From positions 419,974 through 483,973 of the forward strand of contig NMRA01000241.1 of the NCBI GenBank assembly GCA_002633005.1: a DNA stretch of 64,000 bases. Reading direction: 5' to 3'. The notes under the pieces are model-generated. The model saw only the letters and a program-made list of their open reading frames with translations, made no database searches and was not told the origin of the DNA. The translations under genes and the position numbers were made by a program. The DNA comes from Phoronis australis. Its lineage: Eukaryota > Animalia > Phoronida. The first letter of the stretch is position 1. Every line of letters begins with the position of its first letter. This document shows positions 1 to 11,698 of the stretch, one piece after another.

Positions 1-46
1 AAAAATCCTTACCCGGTATTCTATTTCAGACGCCTATTCATTATTA

Positions 47-1229
47 CCGTATTTGCCGTAATAACCGCCCAGGGCGCTTAGATAAGTTCGTTTCAGGGAG
101 GGCGCTTATTATAACCAAAGGGCGTTAAAACCCGGTCTCCGAAACGGGTGAAATCGGAAGCTAAGATTCATCATATTTACGCTCTGTGACATATCTGTAA
201 TCTATGAAAGACTTTCTACAAAACCGTGGTGCATTGCTATCAAACTTTGCTGCTAAATTATGATCATTTCACAGAAAATTGTGCCAAGGCGAAAACTCGG
301 CGACTGCCTCCCTCGCAATCGTCGATATGGCGACTTGAATGTTTGAATAAAAATAGTTTCGACTCAAGCAAATTACCTGAAATCCTCCGAGCGTGTTTCA
401 TTCAGCACTTGCCGGTCTCATGTGCTAAAAACGTTCGACATTTGTCTCGGTGAGGCCCATATTAGTCGCCGTGTGGCTGGATGAGGCGTACGTAACTATT
501 TTTCGGTGTAAAAGTGTGTAAGCAATCACTGTCAGTGGTCATTTTATCGGATATTTGGCTTAAAAACACCAATTATGGTTAATCAAACAATTCATCTTAA
601 AAATAACGCAAACAATTTTTATAGTATTAGAAACTGTCGGAAATAAGTGCCAACATTCATTTCTTGCCGATGCTATACTACCCGTTTCATGAATGGATAG
701 TTCCCGACTAATTTCTTTGATGACATGTTCATGTATGTAGCACGCGCTTCCTGGCCACATGCTTATAACACTGGCCAAGCTTTTTATTAGTCTTTGATTT
801 GCGGTTTTCACGTGCAGGCCTACAAAGAAATTTGAATTCCTGTTGAAAGCGGGTAATATCTACAAAGCAATCCCGTAGACAAGCACAATACTTCTGTTCT
901 GAAAGGCCAGACCATTGGTCCTCGCAATATCAGCAGAACTTTAGTGTTCGTTTTGAGGCATGGCACCATGGCAGAAGCTTGAAGTGTATAGTCACGGCTA
1001 AATACTGACAAAGCGGCGAGGCTTGTAGTCTACAAATTCTGCGCACAATGATTTTTTCAGGACTGTAGGATATTATTGATAAGTTGAAGACGTTACTGTA
1101 GAATTTTAGGACTAGGTAAGGCATTTTTCGCACGTACACGTTCATGGACTGGGCGCTTATTTTAGCAAAGTCTGAAAACCCATGGGGGGACGCTTATAGG
1201 GGCATGGGCGGTTATTACGGCGAATACGG
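47..1229 (+). mobile_element. Non-autonomous Tc1/mariner (Tigger/pogo-like) DNA transposon, family A copy 1
   Basis: TIRs CCGTATTTGCCGTAATAACCGCCC ... GGGCGGTTATTACGGCGAATACGG with TA on both sides (45-46, 1230-1231); subterminal GGGCGCTTA motifs; no transposase ORF. Confidence 0.9.
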
Positions 1230-1283
1230 TAATATTAGGAAAACTTTGATTTCTCAGTGACACAACTTCAGGCAAAAAAACTA

Positions 1284-1983
1284 CCGTATTCGCCGTAATA
1301 ACCGCCCAGGGCGCTTAGAAAAGTTCGGTTCAGGGGGGCGCTTATTATAACCCAAGGCGATTGAAACCCGGTCTCCGAAACGGGTGAAATCGGAAGCTAA
1401 GATTCATCAAATTTACGCTGTGACGTGTATGTAATCTATTAAAGAATTTCAACAAAACTGTGGTGCATTGCTATCAAACTTTGCTGCTAAATTACGATCA
1501 TGTTACAGAAAATTGTGCTGAAATCCCAGGGCGAACACTTGCCGACTGACTGCCTCGAAATCGCCGTCTTCGATACGGCGACGTCACTGCTTGAATAAAC
1601 ATTTTTTCAACTCAAGCAAATTACCTGAAATCCTCATTAAGTTTTATAAGTAGTGTCTTCAAGATTTTTTAAGTTCTCGTGGAATCTGGATTAACGGCAG
1701 GTTTAAGTACAAATCTATACAACATCGTGCCATCTACATGTATGATCGGCAACTCGGCGAGAAAAATGTCTGGACGAACACACATGTTGTTGTCACGTGA
1801 CGTTTGTTTTGAAGTTCGTCTGCGAGTAAGCGAGCGCGTGCGTGTCACCAGAGTTCATTTGCCAAAGCAGAGACCGTCTTTTGGCCAGAGCCACGCAATC
1901 TAACTAGCTAGATGTGTCTAAAGAAATTTGCACAAGCAGTAGGCTTGAACCAGAGCGTGTTTCATTCAGCACTTGCCGGTCTC
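1284..1983 (+). mobile_element. Family A copy 2, right part lost in assembly gap
   Basis: TA+CCGTATTCGCCGTAATAACCGCCCAGGGCGCTTAG, colinear with copy 1; carries an extra internal segment (~1637-1950) absent from copy 1. Confidence 0.88.
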
Positions 1984-2432
1984 NNNNNNNNNNNNNNNNN
2001 NNNNNNNNNNNNNNNNNNNNNNNNNNNNNNNNNNNNNNNNNNNNNNNNNNNNNNNNNNNNNNNNNNNNNNNNNNNNNNNNNNNNNNNNNNNNNNNNNNNN
2101 NNNNNNNNNNNNNNNNNNNNNNNNNNNNNNNNNNNNNNNNNNNNNNNNNNNNNNNNNNNNNNNNNNNNNNNNNNNNNNNNNNNNNNNNNNNNNNNNNNNN
2201 NNNNNNNNNNNNNNNNNNNNNNNNNNNNNNNNNNNNNNNNNNNNNNNNNNNNNNNNNNNNNNNNNNNNNNNNNNNNNNNNNNNNNNNNNNNNNNNNNNNN
2301 NNNNNNNNNNNNNNNNNNNNNNNNNNNNNNNNNNNNNNNNNNNNNNNNNNNNNNNNNNNNNNNNNNNNNNNNNNNNNNNNNNNNNNNNNNNNNNNNNNNN
2401 NNNNNNNNNNNNNNNNNNNNNNNNNNNNNNNN
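1984..2432. other. Assembly gap (N run)
   Basis: Continuous Ns. Confidence 1.
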
Positions 2433-2697
2433 GTGAGGAGGCAGTGTGTCCCAGTGTGAGGAGGCAGTGTGTCCTAGTGTGAGGAGGTAGTGTGTCCTAG
2501 TGTGAGGAGGCAGTGTGGCCTAGTGTGAGGAGGCAGTGTGTCCTAGTGTGAGGAGGTAGTGTGTCCCAGTGTGACGAGGCAGTGTGTCCCAATGTGAGGA
2601 GGCAGTGTGTCCCAGTGTGAGGAGGCAGTGTGTCCCAGTGTGAGGAGGCAGTGTGTCCCAGTGTGAGGAGGCAGTGTGAGGAGGCAGTGTCCTAGTA
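2433..2697. repeat. 23-bp minisatellite (GTGAGGAGGCAGTGTGTCCCAGT), ~11 visible copies
   Basis: Direct tandem repeats abutting the gap. Confidence 0.95.
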
Positions 2698-4443
2698 GGA
2701 TAGGTGTCAGCTGCCTTTACTCAAGGTTGTGTTCAACTCCCACTGGGGCACACTGTTAGACCCTTACGTCAGGTCTCTAGCTCCTCAGTAGTGTTGAAAT
2801 CAGACAAGATGCATTGGGTATGATAGTGAGGTCACTGTATTCAGTAAGAAGAAATAAAACCTGGTGGTCAGGATTTCATGCATTAAGTATCTGTCCGATA
2901 AAACTGATTATATCTTTATAGCCAATGTTAATTAACAATTGATGTATTTGAAATGCTCACACTGTGTTCTAGCCAGCCAGCTAGCTGTATGAAGACTGTC
3001 GTCAAAATACAGCTAGGTACCACTGTGTGTATTTCTTCCATAGACCACGAAATTGCACACAGCCCGGGTAGTTCTGGTCGTCACCTCGCCATGAAATTTA
3101 TATCAACATGTAGAGCTAAAGACCAGATGGGCTCCATGCAAAATCTGGGAATCAACCGACACTCACCATGCCCGTTACAGCTGTTTAAGTTAAAACAATG
3201 CAACAAACGTCATTTTCTTGCATCATTCTCAACCTTTTGTAACATTGAAACGTATGTTGCCATTTTGAAAATAGTATGCTCGTGTCACACGCACGCGCCA
3301 TTTCCTAAATTTTTGTGACAACTTCGCAGAAGCAAAATTTGTTCTGAAATTCGGTTTTTCGGTATCGAAATTCTAAAAACTTATAATGAAGTGAAACCAG
3401 TTCCAATAATTTGTTGTGACGTGTACGCAACCTCGTGAAAGAACAACAGTTGATTGAAGAATCGGCGAAAAAAGAAACTGGCCAATAGGTGACGCAATAT
3501 TTCATGGTGCCGAAAGCCATCGCTAAAGATCGCTCCACAACTTTAGCAGCAGAATAACGGTGGAATGCCATTTTTTCCAACACTGTTCAATAATCTAGTT
3601 TACTGAAGGATAACTAGTTTTTAATGACACTAATTTTGTGTCAGATTTTATCTTACCACTTTTTTACCCACATCGTTGCAAGTAAATAATACAGTTTAGT
3701 ACCAAGGCTAACTGTGTTCTAGGATCAAATAACAAAATGTGCTAATAAGTTGTATCCTCTGGCGTGTACAGTGTAAAAATGGCCAGTTGCTGATTTGGGC
3801 AACTGAACGAAGCACTGTTCGAAAAACGTTTGACTGCAGGAGTATTTGTTCAAGCTGGGGAGAGTTAAATACATCAACTATTTCATAAGGTGTACTTCTA
3901 TGCACAAAAGGTATTTATAACAACGTGACTTTGATGTTTTAGTCAGTGCGAGGCATAACTCGCTGAAAGGCTTCTGGCCTATTGAAGCTCCTATAGGAGC
4001 TCTATCGTCTCTGCCAGCTGTGCCAGCACAGATGATGATCATTGTCTAGTTCAGTGGTTGCTAGGCAATTACATCGCCCCTGGATGCCGCAGGCATACAG
4101 GGGCAATAGTACATCCCCACAAAAAGTTACTCATTTCAAAATACATCAAATAAAATCAAATGAACCATACTTATGAACCATACATGAAGTTATAATTAAC
4201 ACATACCATGAATCTGAATACAATTTAGTCAGCAAAACGTGAACAAATTGATGAAAATCTGCCGCGGTTTGCTCGAGTTTCACTTACCGGGTGCCATTTT
4301 GAAGAAGTTACGCGAAATCACGCATGTTGACGAATAAAAAGTCCAAGGGACACAAATGCCAACTGATACCTTCTCATGCTATTTTGCAAGTGTCACACGC
4401 TAGTGTCACACACTTCGGTCAGACGCGCGCTATAGCCTTTGCC

Positions 4444-5140
4444 GGCACTAGTCGGATATAATGGACCCTAACTTATTCCAAATAAATCCACTAAATGTAG
4501 GTCTAAATGAATGATTTTGGTATCGTTGCATTCCTCAGACATCTGGCTATCTGTACAAATTCTTTTCACGGCCCTCAATTATTCTAGTCTATAACTACGC
4601 CATTCCAAACTTGGTCCACTTTAGCCACGCGCATCATGAAATCGGCAGCCATTTCAGGGAACCTACTATATCTAGCGTCATCTATCGGCGATTTGCTACA
4701 ACACAAGCTGTTCCTTTTTCATCAGTCAACATGGACGAGATAACATGACGATAACAGATACGATCGTGAGAGAGACGACGAAGGTGATGACGAGAGCAGA
4801 CGTACGATGATTAATAACGGTGACATTAATAATTGACGAAATCGACCAATGACGTTGACTGATAAAAAAGGAACAGCGCGTGGTGTAGCAGATCGCCGAT
4901 AGATGGCGCTAGGTATAGTAAGTTCCCTGAAATGGCTGCCGATTTTACAATGCGCGTGGCTAAAGTGGACCGAGTTCGGAATAGCGTAGTTATAGAACGG
5001 AGTAATTGAGGGTTGTAAGGTGGATATGTACGGATAGCCAGATGTCTGAGGAATGCAACGATATCAAAATCATTCATTTAGACCCACATTTAGTGGATTT
5101 ATTTGGAATAAGTTAGGGTCCATTATATCCGACTAGTGCC
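4444..5140. mobile_element. Foldback MITE with ~290-bp TIRs and 8-bp TSD, Merlin-like
   Basis: Arms ~4444-4731 and ~4853-5140 are reverse complements (GGCACTAGTCGGATATAATGGACCC ... GGGTCCATTATATCCGACTAGTGCC); CCTTTGCC is duplicated at 4436-4443 and 5141-5148; GGNRM termini plus an 8-bp TSD fit Merlin. Confidence 0.88.
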
Positions 5141-5478
5141 CCTTTGCCTAACTCACGTGACTCAGTTGACCTACTTAAGGTTATCGCGCGTGTGGTGAAA
5201 AAACTTGACAACCAAAAAAGTGGAGTTAGATTTCTTCACCAAAGTCAACTTAATTCTCACAACTAAGCTTCATCGAAGATATGTATAGAAGTACAAAGGA
5301 CCAATGATGAAAATAAGTGCTTTTTTAAATGATAGTTTTAAGTGTGGAATGTATTTTTGATGAGGTGAAAACTCAAAATCAGTGACCGTATTTGGGTTAC
5401 CGCCAGTTTAAAATACATGAAACGAAATGCATACAGAAAGCGAATGGAAGTATTGTAGCCCCTAAATGGCCAACCAAG

Positions 5479-5539
5479 GGGCTACGTGTTGCCTAGACTA
5501 AGTGGTTGGGGGCTACGTGTTGCCTAGACTAAGTGGTTG
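5479..5539. repeat. 30-bp tandem duplication
   Basis: GGGCTACGTGTTGCCTAGACTAAGTGGTTG x2. Confidence 0.85.
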
Positions 5540-6795
5540 CCTGCTACTGCCATGCAGTGGCTTGCAGTGCTGCCAGTGCTGGTTATGCAGCCGAAAAATG
5601 TGTCTCTGGTATTCATTTTAGTAAAAAAAATCGAACTGCATGAAACGAAAACAACGTAAATGGTTCTCAGTCTTGATTAACAGCAGTTATTCATTGTATA
5701 AACTTGCCTGTAACCATTATTTAGTTATTAAACTGACGAAATATCAGTATTGTTCTTCTGCCCTGGTACAGGTCTTTCCATGAATAGCGCACTGTTAACT
5801 TCACAAGTTAGAAATTTTGTCAGTGTTTTTCATTTTTTACTGTATTTATTTCTATATAAGTTCCTTAAATTAATCTAAATTAATCATAAATGAAATAATA
5901 AATAATTATAATTTTTCGTTTATATTTTAAATACTTACTTAAATTACGTTAGTTGATCACTATGATAACAGCGACATCTTTATATGGTGGATCTCGTGGA
6001 TTGTCGACCTTGTTCGGAAAGTTCACGAAAGGCATTTGACTACTGTCACCTTTCGCCTTTGGGCGACGCCACAGACACAGGTATGCTATGATAATGATGT
6101 ATTTTTAGGGCGCGACAGAAAATCCACATGTCTCGAATGAGAATGTCAGAGTTAGGCAACTGAAAAGAACAATTTACATTCGTGATATGTGACCATCACA
6201 ACACAGCATACCTGCACACAGTCATTGTCATTGCATAATGCCATAGCAACTGACTAGGCCTAATGCAATGCTGTAGGCCTACGTGAACTTGGAATCTTGC
6301 TTAATCTCAAGATCCCGTATGCGTGTACTTGGAATACATGAAATTTGATAAGTTTGCTCAAATAATCACATTCGGGTTGATAAAAATCACAGGCGTCCTC
6401 AGCCCCCAATACACTACATATAATACTACAAGGTATGACACTCCCGACTAGAAATTCCACGGGTGCTTCACTTCAGCCGTCCATAGCAAATATAAAACTC
6501 AATAAATTTACACAAAACAGAGGTTCAACAAACCATGAAGAATTGTTCTTTCTCCCTATACCATTCACGACCGTGAATGATTCACGGTGCCCTGTTCCGG
6601 CGACTTCGTAAGAAATTCGCAGTCAAAGAACAAAAATGTTCACAAAAAGCCCCCACACACTTTCATCGTGGGCCGCTCGAGGTCAAGGACGGTACGGAAA
6701 TTGCCGGTGAGTTACGGAAGTACTCAATAGTTTTTCTACTGGCGGCTAAGTGTAGAGTTATTGACATCGTGACTTTACACGACAAAGCATTCAAG

Positions 6796-6971
6796 CGAGG
6801 CTGTCAGTCGGCGAGTTTTCGCCCTGGGATTTATGCACAATTTTCTGTAAAATGATCATAATTTAGCAGCAAAGTTTCATAGCAATGCACCACAATTATG
6901 TAGAAAGTCTATCATAGTTACAGATACGTCACAGAGCGTAAATATGATGAATCTGAGCTTCCATTTTCACC
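6796..6971 (-). mobile_element. Inverted internal fragment of family A transposon
   Basis: Reverse complement of ~145-310 and ~1385-1557 (e.g. AATTTAGCAGCAAAGTTTCATAGCAATGCACCAC). Confidence 0.8.
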
Positions 6972-7040
6972 TTTGCTGAACATGCGATTTTTGCGCGTGG
7001 TCATTTAAGTATTCTATTTTCACGTTCGATGACGTCAGCT

Positions 7041-7110
7041 GCTGAGTGGTGTAGTGGTAAAGTTGGCAATTCGCAACTGTTGTGGCCCGGGTTCGAAACC
7101 GGCCTCGGTT
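7041..7110 (+). pseudogene. tRNA-derived sequence (SINE head or tRNA pseudogene)
   Basis: A-box TGGTGTAGTGG, B-box GGTTCGAAACC inside a CCGG/CCGG T-stem, GCTGAG/CTCGGT acceptor-like pairing; D and anticodon stems pair poorly. Confidence 0.65.
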
Positions 7111-8276
7111 TCCCGCCAAACTGTTATCTCACTAGTGAGATAACTTTATGGGTTAGTACACGGTTGTATCTGCCATTCGAGGCTAATATTGTGGTATAAT
7201 GGGTTTTATTTAGTGATTAGCACAATTAGCTTTTTATCAAGCTTTTTAATTCATTGCGTCTTCAATTTTAAAGATAGGCATTAAATAATGTTACATCACG
7301 GTTCACGCAGGTATAATTATGAATTACCTGATCCATGGTGGCATTTTTTAGAGTTTCAGAGAGTATTCCAGCAGATGCTTATTCTTTTCCCAGTTGCATT
7401 CTGTTCTTCACGTGGTCTCCAACAGTTTCCTCTTTCGTTTCCAAACGCCAATTTAATCTCCTTGAAGCTCAGCAGAAAAAAATGAGTCTCATTCTTAAAA
7501 AGATTGCGAGATCAAAGTTCATGTTTTGACAAAAATATGTAAGATAAGAAGACGTAATAATTTGTTATGAAATCATTTTATACAAGCCACCCAAGACACT
7601 AAAAATGCTACAGACATATAGTTAATCCTTCTGTGTAACTCGTTGGTTGAACCTTAATCTGTTGTGAGACGGGGATAACTTTTGACTGAAAATATACTGA
7701 AAATCACAGAGCCCAATAAAATTGAACTAACTGAGAATAAACTTGTTTGATCCATTTTGGTGATCCTGATATTTTCTGTTGCCACATGTCAATCATGCTA
7801 TCTTACAAGGTCAAGTTATTTTGAATATGATTTCCTGATTTATGACAAATGACTAAAGGACAAGCAATTGTAGTTTTAGTAGTATGTTTATGATTCTCAG
7901 GTTACTGTTTTCTGATGTATTGTTTAGTATATTTTACTTTGTCAGTTACAAAATAAATCTGTTGAACATTCCCAGAACAGGAACATCATCCCTTCGTCCA
8001 CTTTGTGTTGGCCGCTGTGATCTGGAGACCCTGCTTTTTCATTTAAAAAAACAGAAATCCATCTTAATAGCAACACAAAAGTTCCATTTTCTTAATGTTT
8101 TGTAATTTAGTGTAGTTTTGTTTTATTATTTCAAAGTGATAGATAACATAATAATTGTTTCGTAATTGCCTGAGCCCTAAGTTTACATCCTGTTGAATTA
8201 TGCCATTTTACAGATACATTTACTTCTTGTCATTTTATTATTTTTCAAGACCGAAGAAGGAACAGCACCACCTTAA

Positions 8277-11200
8277 GGTTATCTCCAGCCTTATTCACAA
8301 AAATTGGCCATTTTTACAATATTTCACGTGTCTAGTAAAATACCTTATCTTCATTCTCGGGGAACTTCAAATACAAATATATACTGCGTAACGAGAAAAG
8401 AAGATTTAACAGAACCACCTCGGAACCGCACAACTGCATGGATATTTGTTTACTAATTATCCAACGTCAGAGGTTAAAGGGCTTTCAATCAAATCGAATC
8501 TCCCGCCAGGTACAGAACACATTCATATACCCTCAGTCCTTTCATTCACAAAACTGACATCATTGAGTTATTCTTGGACTTTATACGAACACATGATTTT
8601 CTTTTTAACATTTTGCTTCTAATAGCCATTTACTTGGAGAGATGTCACAAAAAATACCTAATTTTCACAGGTTTATTACATACACTTATGAGTAATATAA
8701 TTCTGAAAAATTAATTGGCATACAAAAACTTTGTATACAACAGCTTCTCTGCGAAATGGGAAAATTTCGTTGTTCACGTTAACTACGTGTAGAAGTTATT
8801 TACTTTAAATGAGATACGAGAATGGTCTTTCCTGAGGTGTGCATGCTTGAATGAATGGATGTACTTATTTGTTTGTTTGTTTGTTTTTGTACTGTTTTAC
8901 AAATGATAATAAATTTTTAAAAAAAAACATAAAGTAAGTTGTACTTATGGTTGAATGGTGCCAGGGAAAACAAATACAAAACATAGTTTTGATCCTAAGG
9001 GAATTGTGTGTCTACATGCATAGGAACGTTGGCGTTGAGAACGAATGCTATGAGTCGCCTCAGGCCTCTGTGCTCATGAACACAGAAAGTTGTGAAAAGA
9101 GATAAATCCTCACCCTAATTCCTTCATTCAATTAATTTACATTTCAGTGTTCGGTCTCATGCTAACAACATGCTTTAACCACCGATTCGATCTTTGTTAT
9201 CCATTTCTTACTTGGTTTCGTATCAGTCTCCCAGCACGTGATGTGTACAGACAACAATGAACTATGACCTATTTACTTATAAAAATATGTCAAATGGTCG
9301 CAAACAACAGTAGTTAGCTGGGAACGGTACGTTTTTAATGATAAGTAAGTTAATTACGCACTGCAAAATCAGTTGACATTGCTAGTGAATGTTGAAATAG
9401 CGAATCTATTTAAAAGGGGACTGTAGTCAAAATAATGTTGCAGTTAATCGGTTCTAACATACAAATAAAACTCACATTTGCCTGACTTGCGTGCCAAACA
9501 AAAGCCAATTCGAATTCATGGTCAAAACTCTGAATTCTGAAAGCGATCGCTGATTGGCTGATGTGTCAGTGACGTGAACGGCAGGGTATCGGCTGCTTTA
9601 CACATTCATTGCTTATGTCATATTTGAAGAGTTTACATCGTAATTTATCATTGTATCAATCGTCCTTATTTTTTATTGTTTGCCACAATGCTGTAAAAGG
9701 TTCGCTATGCCTTTTTGTATGGCACCTGGTTGCTCAAACTCTTCGAAAAAGGCGTCTTCTAAAGGGATGGTCATCGCATACCATCGCCGGGTTACCCAAG
9801 CCTTGGCCCAAAGCTCAGTGTAGATATAGACCTACAGGTTTAAGCCGATATGGGTAAAAAATGTACAAATAAAATCTGACTCAAATAAATGTCATTAAAA
9901 CTAAGTCATCCTTGAGTAAACCTAGGAACCAGGTTCCTAGAGTAAACTAACTTCTGTATTTACCGGTGTTGGAAATGTTAGCGATCGTTCATCGGCTGGT
10001 GCTAGTAAAATTGTGATGTGTTTTCTTGAGTCGGCTTTTTGCGATTACGTCACCTGACCTTTACCAGTTTCTTTTCCCCCTGATTCTTTTATCATGTGTT
10101 CGTCGCTGACGGTACCTAGGTTGCGTACATGTTATAACAAATTATCGGAGCTTGTTTCATTTTGTTTCAAGTTTTTAGTATTTTTACACCAGCAAACCGA
10201 ATTTTAGAACAACCTTGGTGCTGCGAAGCTGTTATGATGTCCCGAAAGACGTCTCAAATTTTTATGAAATGGCGCGTGCGCCGTGTCACGAGCGTGCTGT
10301 TCTTGAAACGGACGACACACTTCTTTGTTAAAAAGGCGGCAAATTATGCTACCAAAGGACGTTTATTTGATTGTTTTCCACTTAAACGGCTGCAACGAAC
10401 AATGGAAGTGTCGGGTGACTATATCAGATTTTGCATGCGCCCCCGCCGGTCCGTTAGCTTTATATGTTGATGTAGCCTAAGTTTTACGACGAGGTGACGA
10501 GCATAACTGAGTCAACTATACCCGGGTAGTCAACGGCTGTCTGAAATTTCGGGGTTAACGGAGCTCAACACACAGTGGTACGATAGTCTTCATACAGGTA
10601 CAGTCGGTAACTTACCAACCCTTCAAGTTTACAGAGCTGCCGGAGTATTGGCTGACAGCTGGCTGACTGGATGGCTAGAGTCCACATTGCCCTCGGCACA
10701 GTCACTGACACCAGTTACACCGGCAAATTTTCGTCTGACGATGACGATGACTAGGTATCACTTTGTGTTGCCTCGGCTCAAACAGGTATCCCTTGTGACC
10801 CGAAATTTCACACTAAAATTTCTTATTCCGACAATACAAAAAACGCTACTTGATTGCACGCTAACACAGGACAGTGACTTTGCCCCCGCCAAATACGTCA
10901 CGAGACTAAGCAGCGCTGCAAGCCGGTAATTTTTTGAGCTTCGTTAGAGAATATAAATTTAATTTTTGGTGTTGAATTATTTGGGAAATTAACCAACAAT
11001 TCATAGAAAACTATCCAGAATTTATTCAGAATAAAATACAGTTCCCTTTTAAGGCTTGCATAGGTTATGTGTACCGAAAACAAGCTTTTACTGAATAATT
11101 AAGCAAAGACTTTGAGATTTTCATTTGTCCCAGTTTAATTGGCTTTTTCTCGGCTTCGGCAAATCGACTTCATTTGAACTTAGGAACGTAAGTTCTCGAA

Positions 11201-11698
11201 AACGGCTTGGTGGATTTCACTGAAACTTTCCAAGTTTAATATTTAGTCATCAATCTCAAAAATGCTGTTTGGATTTTTGATATAAAGGCCTATTTTTTGC
11301 GTAATGTAACATAGACGAATACGACTTCTGTTTATTACAAAGATACCTTAGGTTTTGCGAGTGGATTTGTCATAGAAACCGAACGAAAAGACTAATCAAA
11401 AATTCCTAATAGCATTTTTGCGGTAACGTAAAGTTTTCATTTGAAAAAAGTTTCATTAAAATAAACCGAGGGGTTATTTTGCTATGAATGTACCTTTCTT
11501 AAAAATAAATTTTTGACTTAAAAAAGATTTTTACGTAAAAATAATGATACAATACAAAAAGTATTTTCATATTCCCTAATCTTTTTTTCTTTCAGAAAAT
11601 ATATGCTTCTACTAGTTGACAAAGCTTAGTTTTTTTGATATACAAGTTAGAATAGAGGCCACTAAATAAGGTTTGATATACAAGTTATGGAGATAGCC
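8277..11698. mobile_element. Possible Kolobok-type non-autonomous element
   Basis: TTAA-GGTTATCTCCA ... TGGAGATAGCC-TTAA (10/11 TIR match, TTAA on both flanks); pairing of these two ends is not otherwise confirmed. Confidence 0.4.

Noticed and set aside
1912-2482. Three long ORFs in the ORF track
   Set aside because: They are artefacts of translating the N gap
7041-7110. Functional tRNA gene
   Set aside because: A/B boxes are present but the D and anticodon stems do not pair properly; treated as tRNA-derived
7320-8600. Exon-like minus-strand pieces (e.g. SPDHSGQHKVDEGMMFLFWECS)
   Set aside because: In-frame stops, no consistent phase chain and no recognisable family
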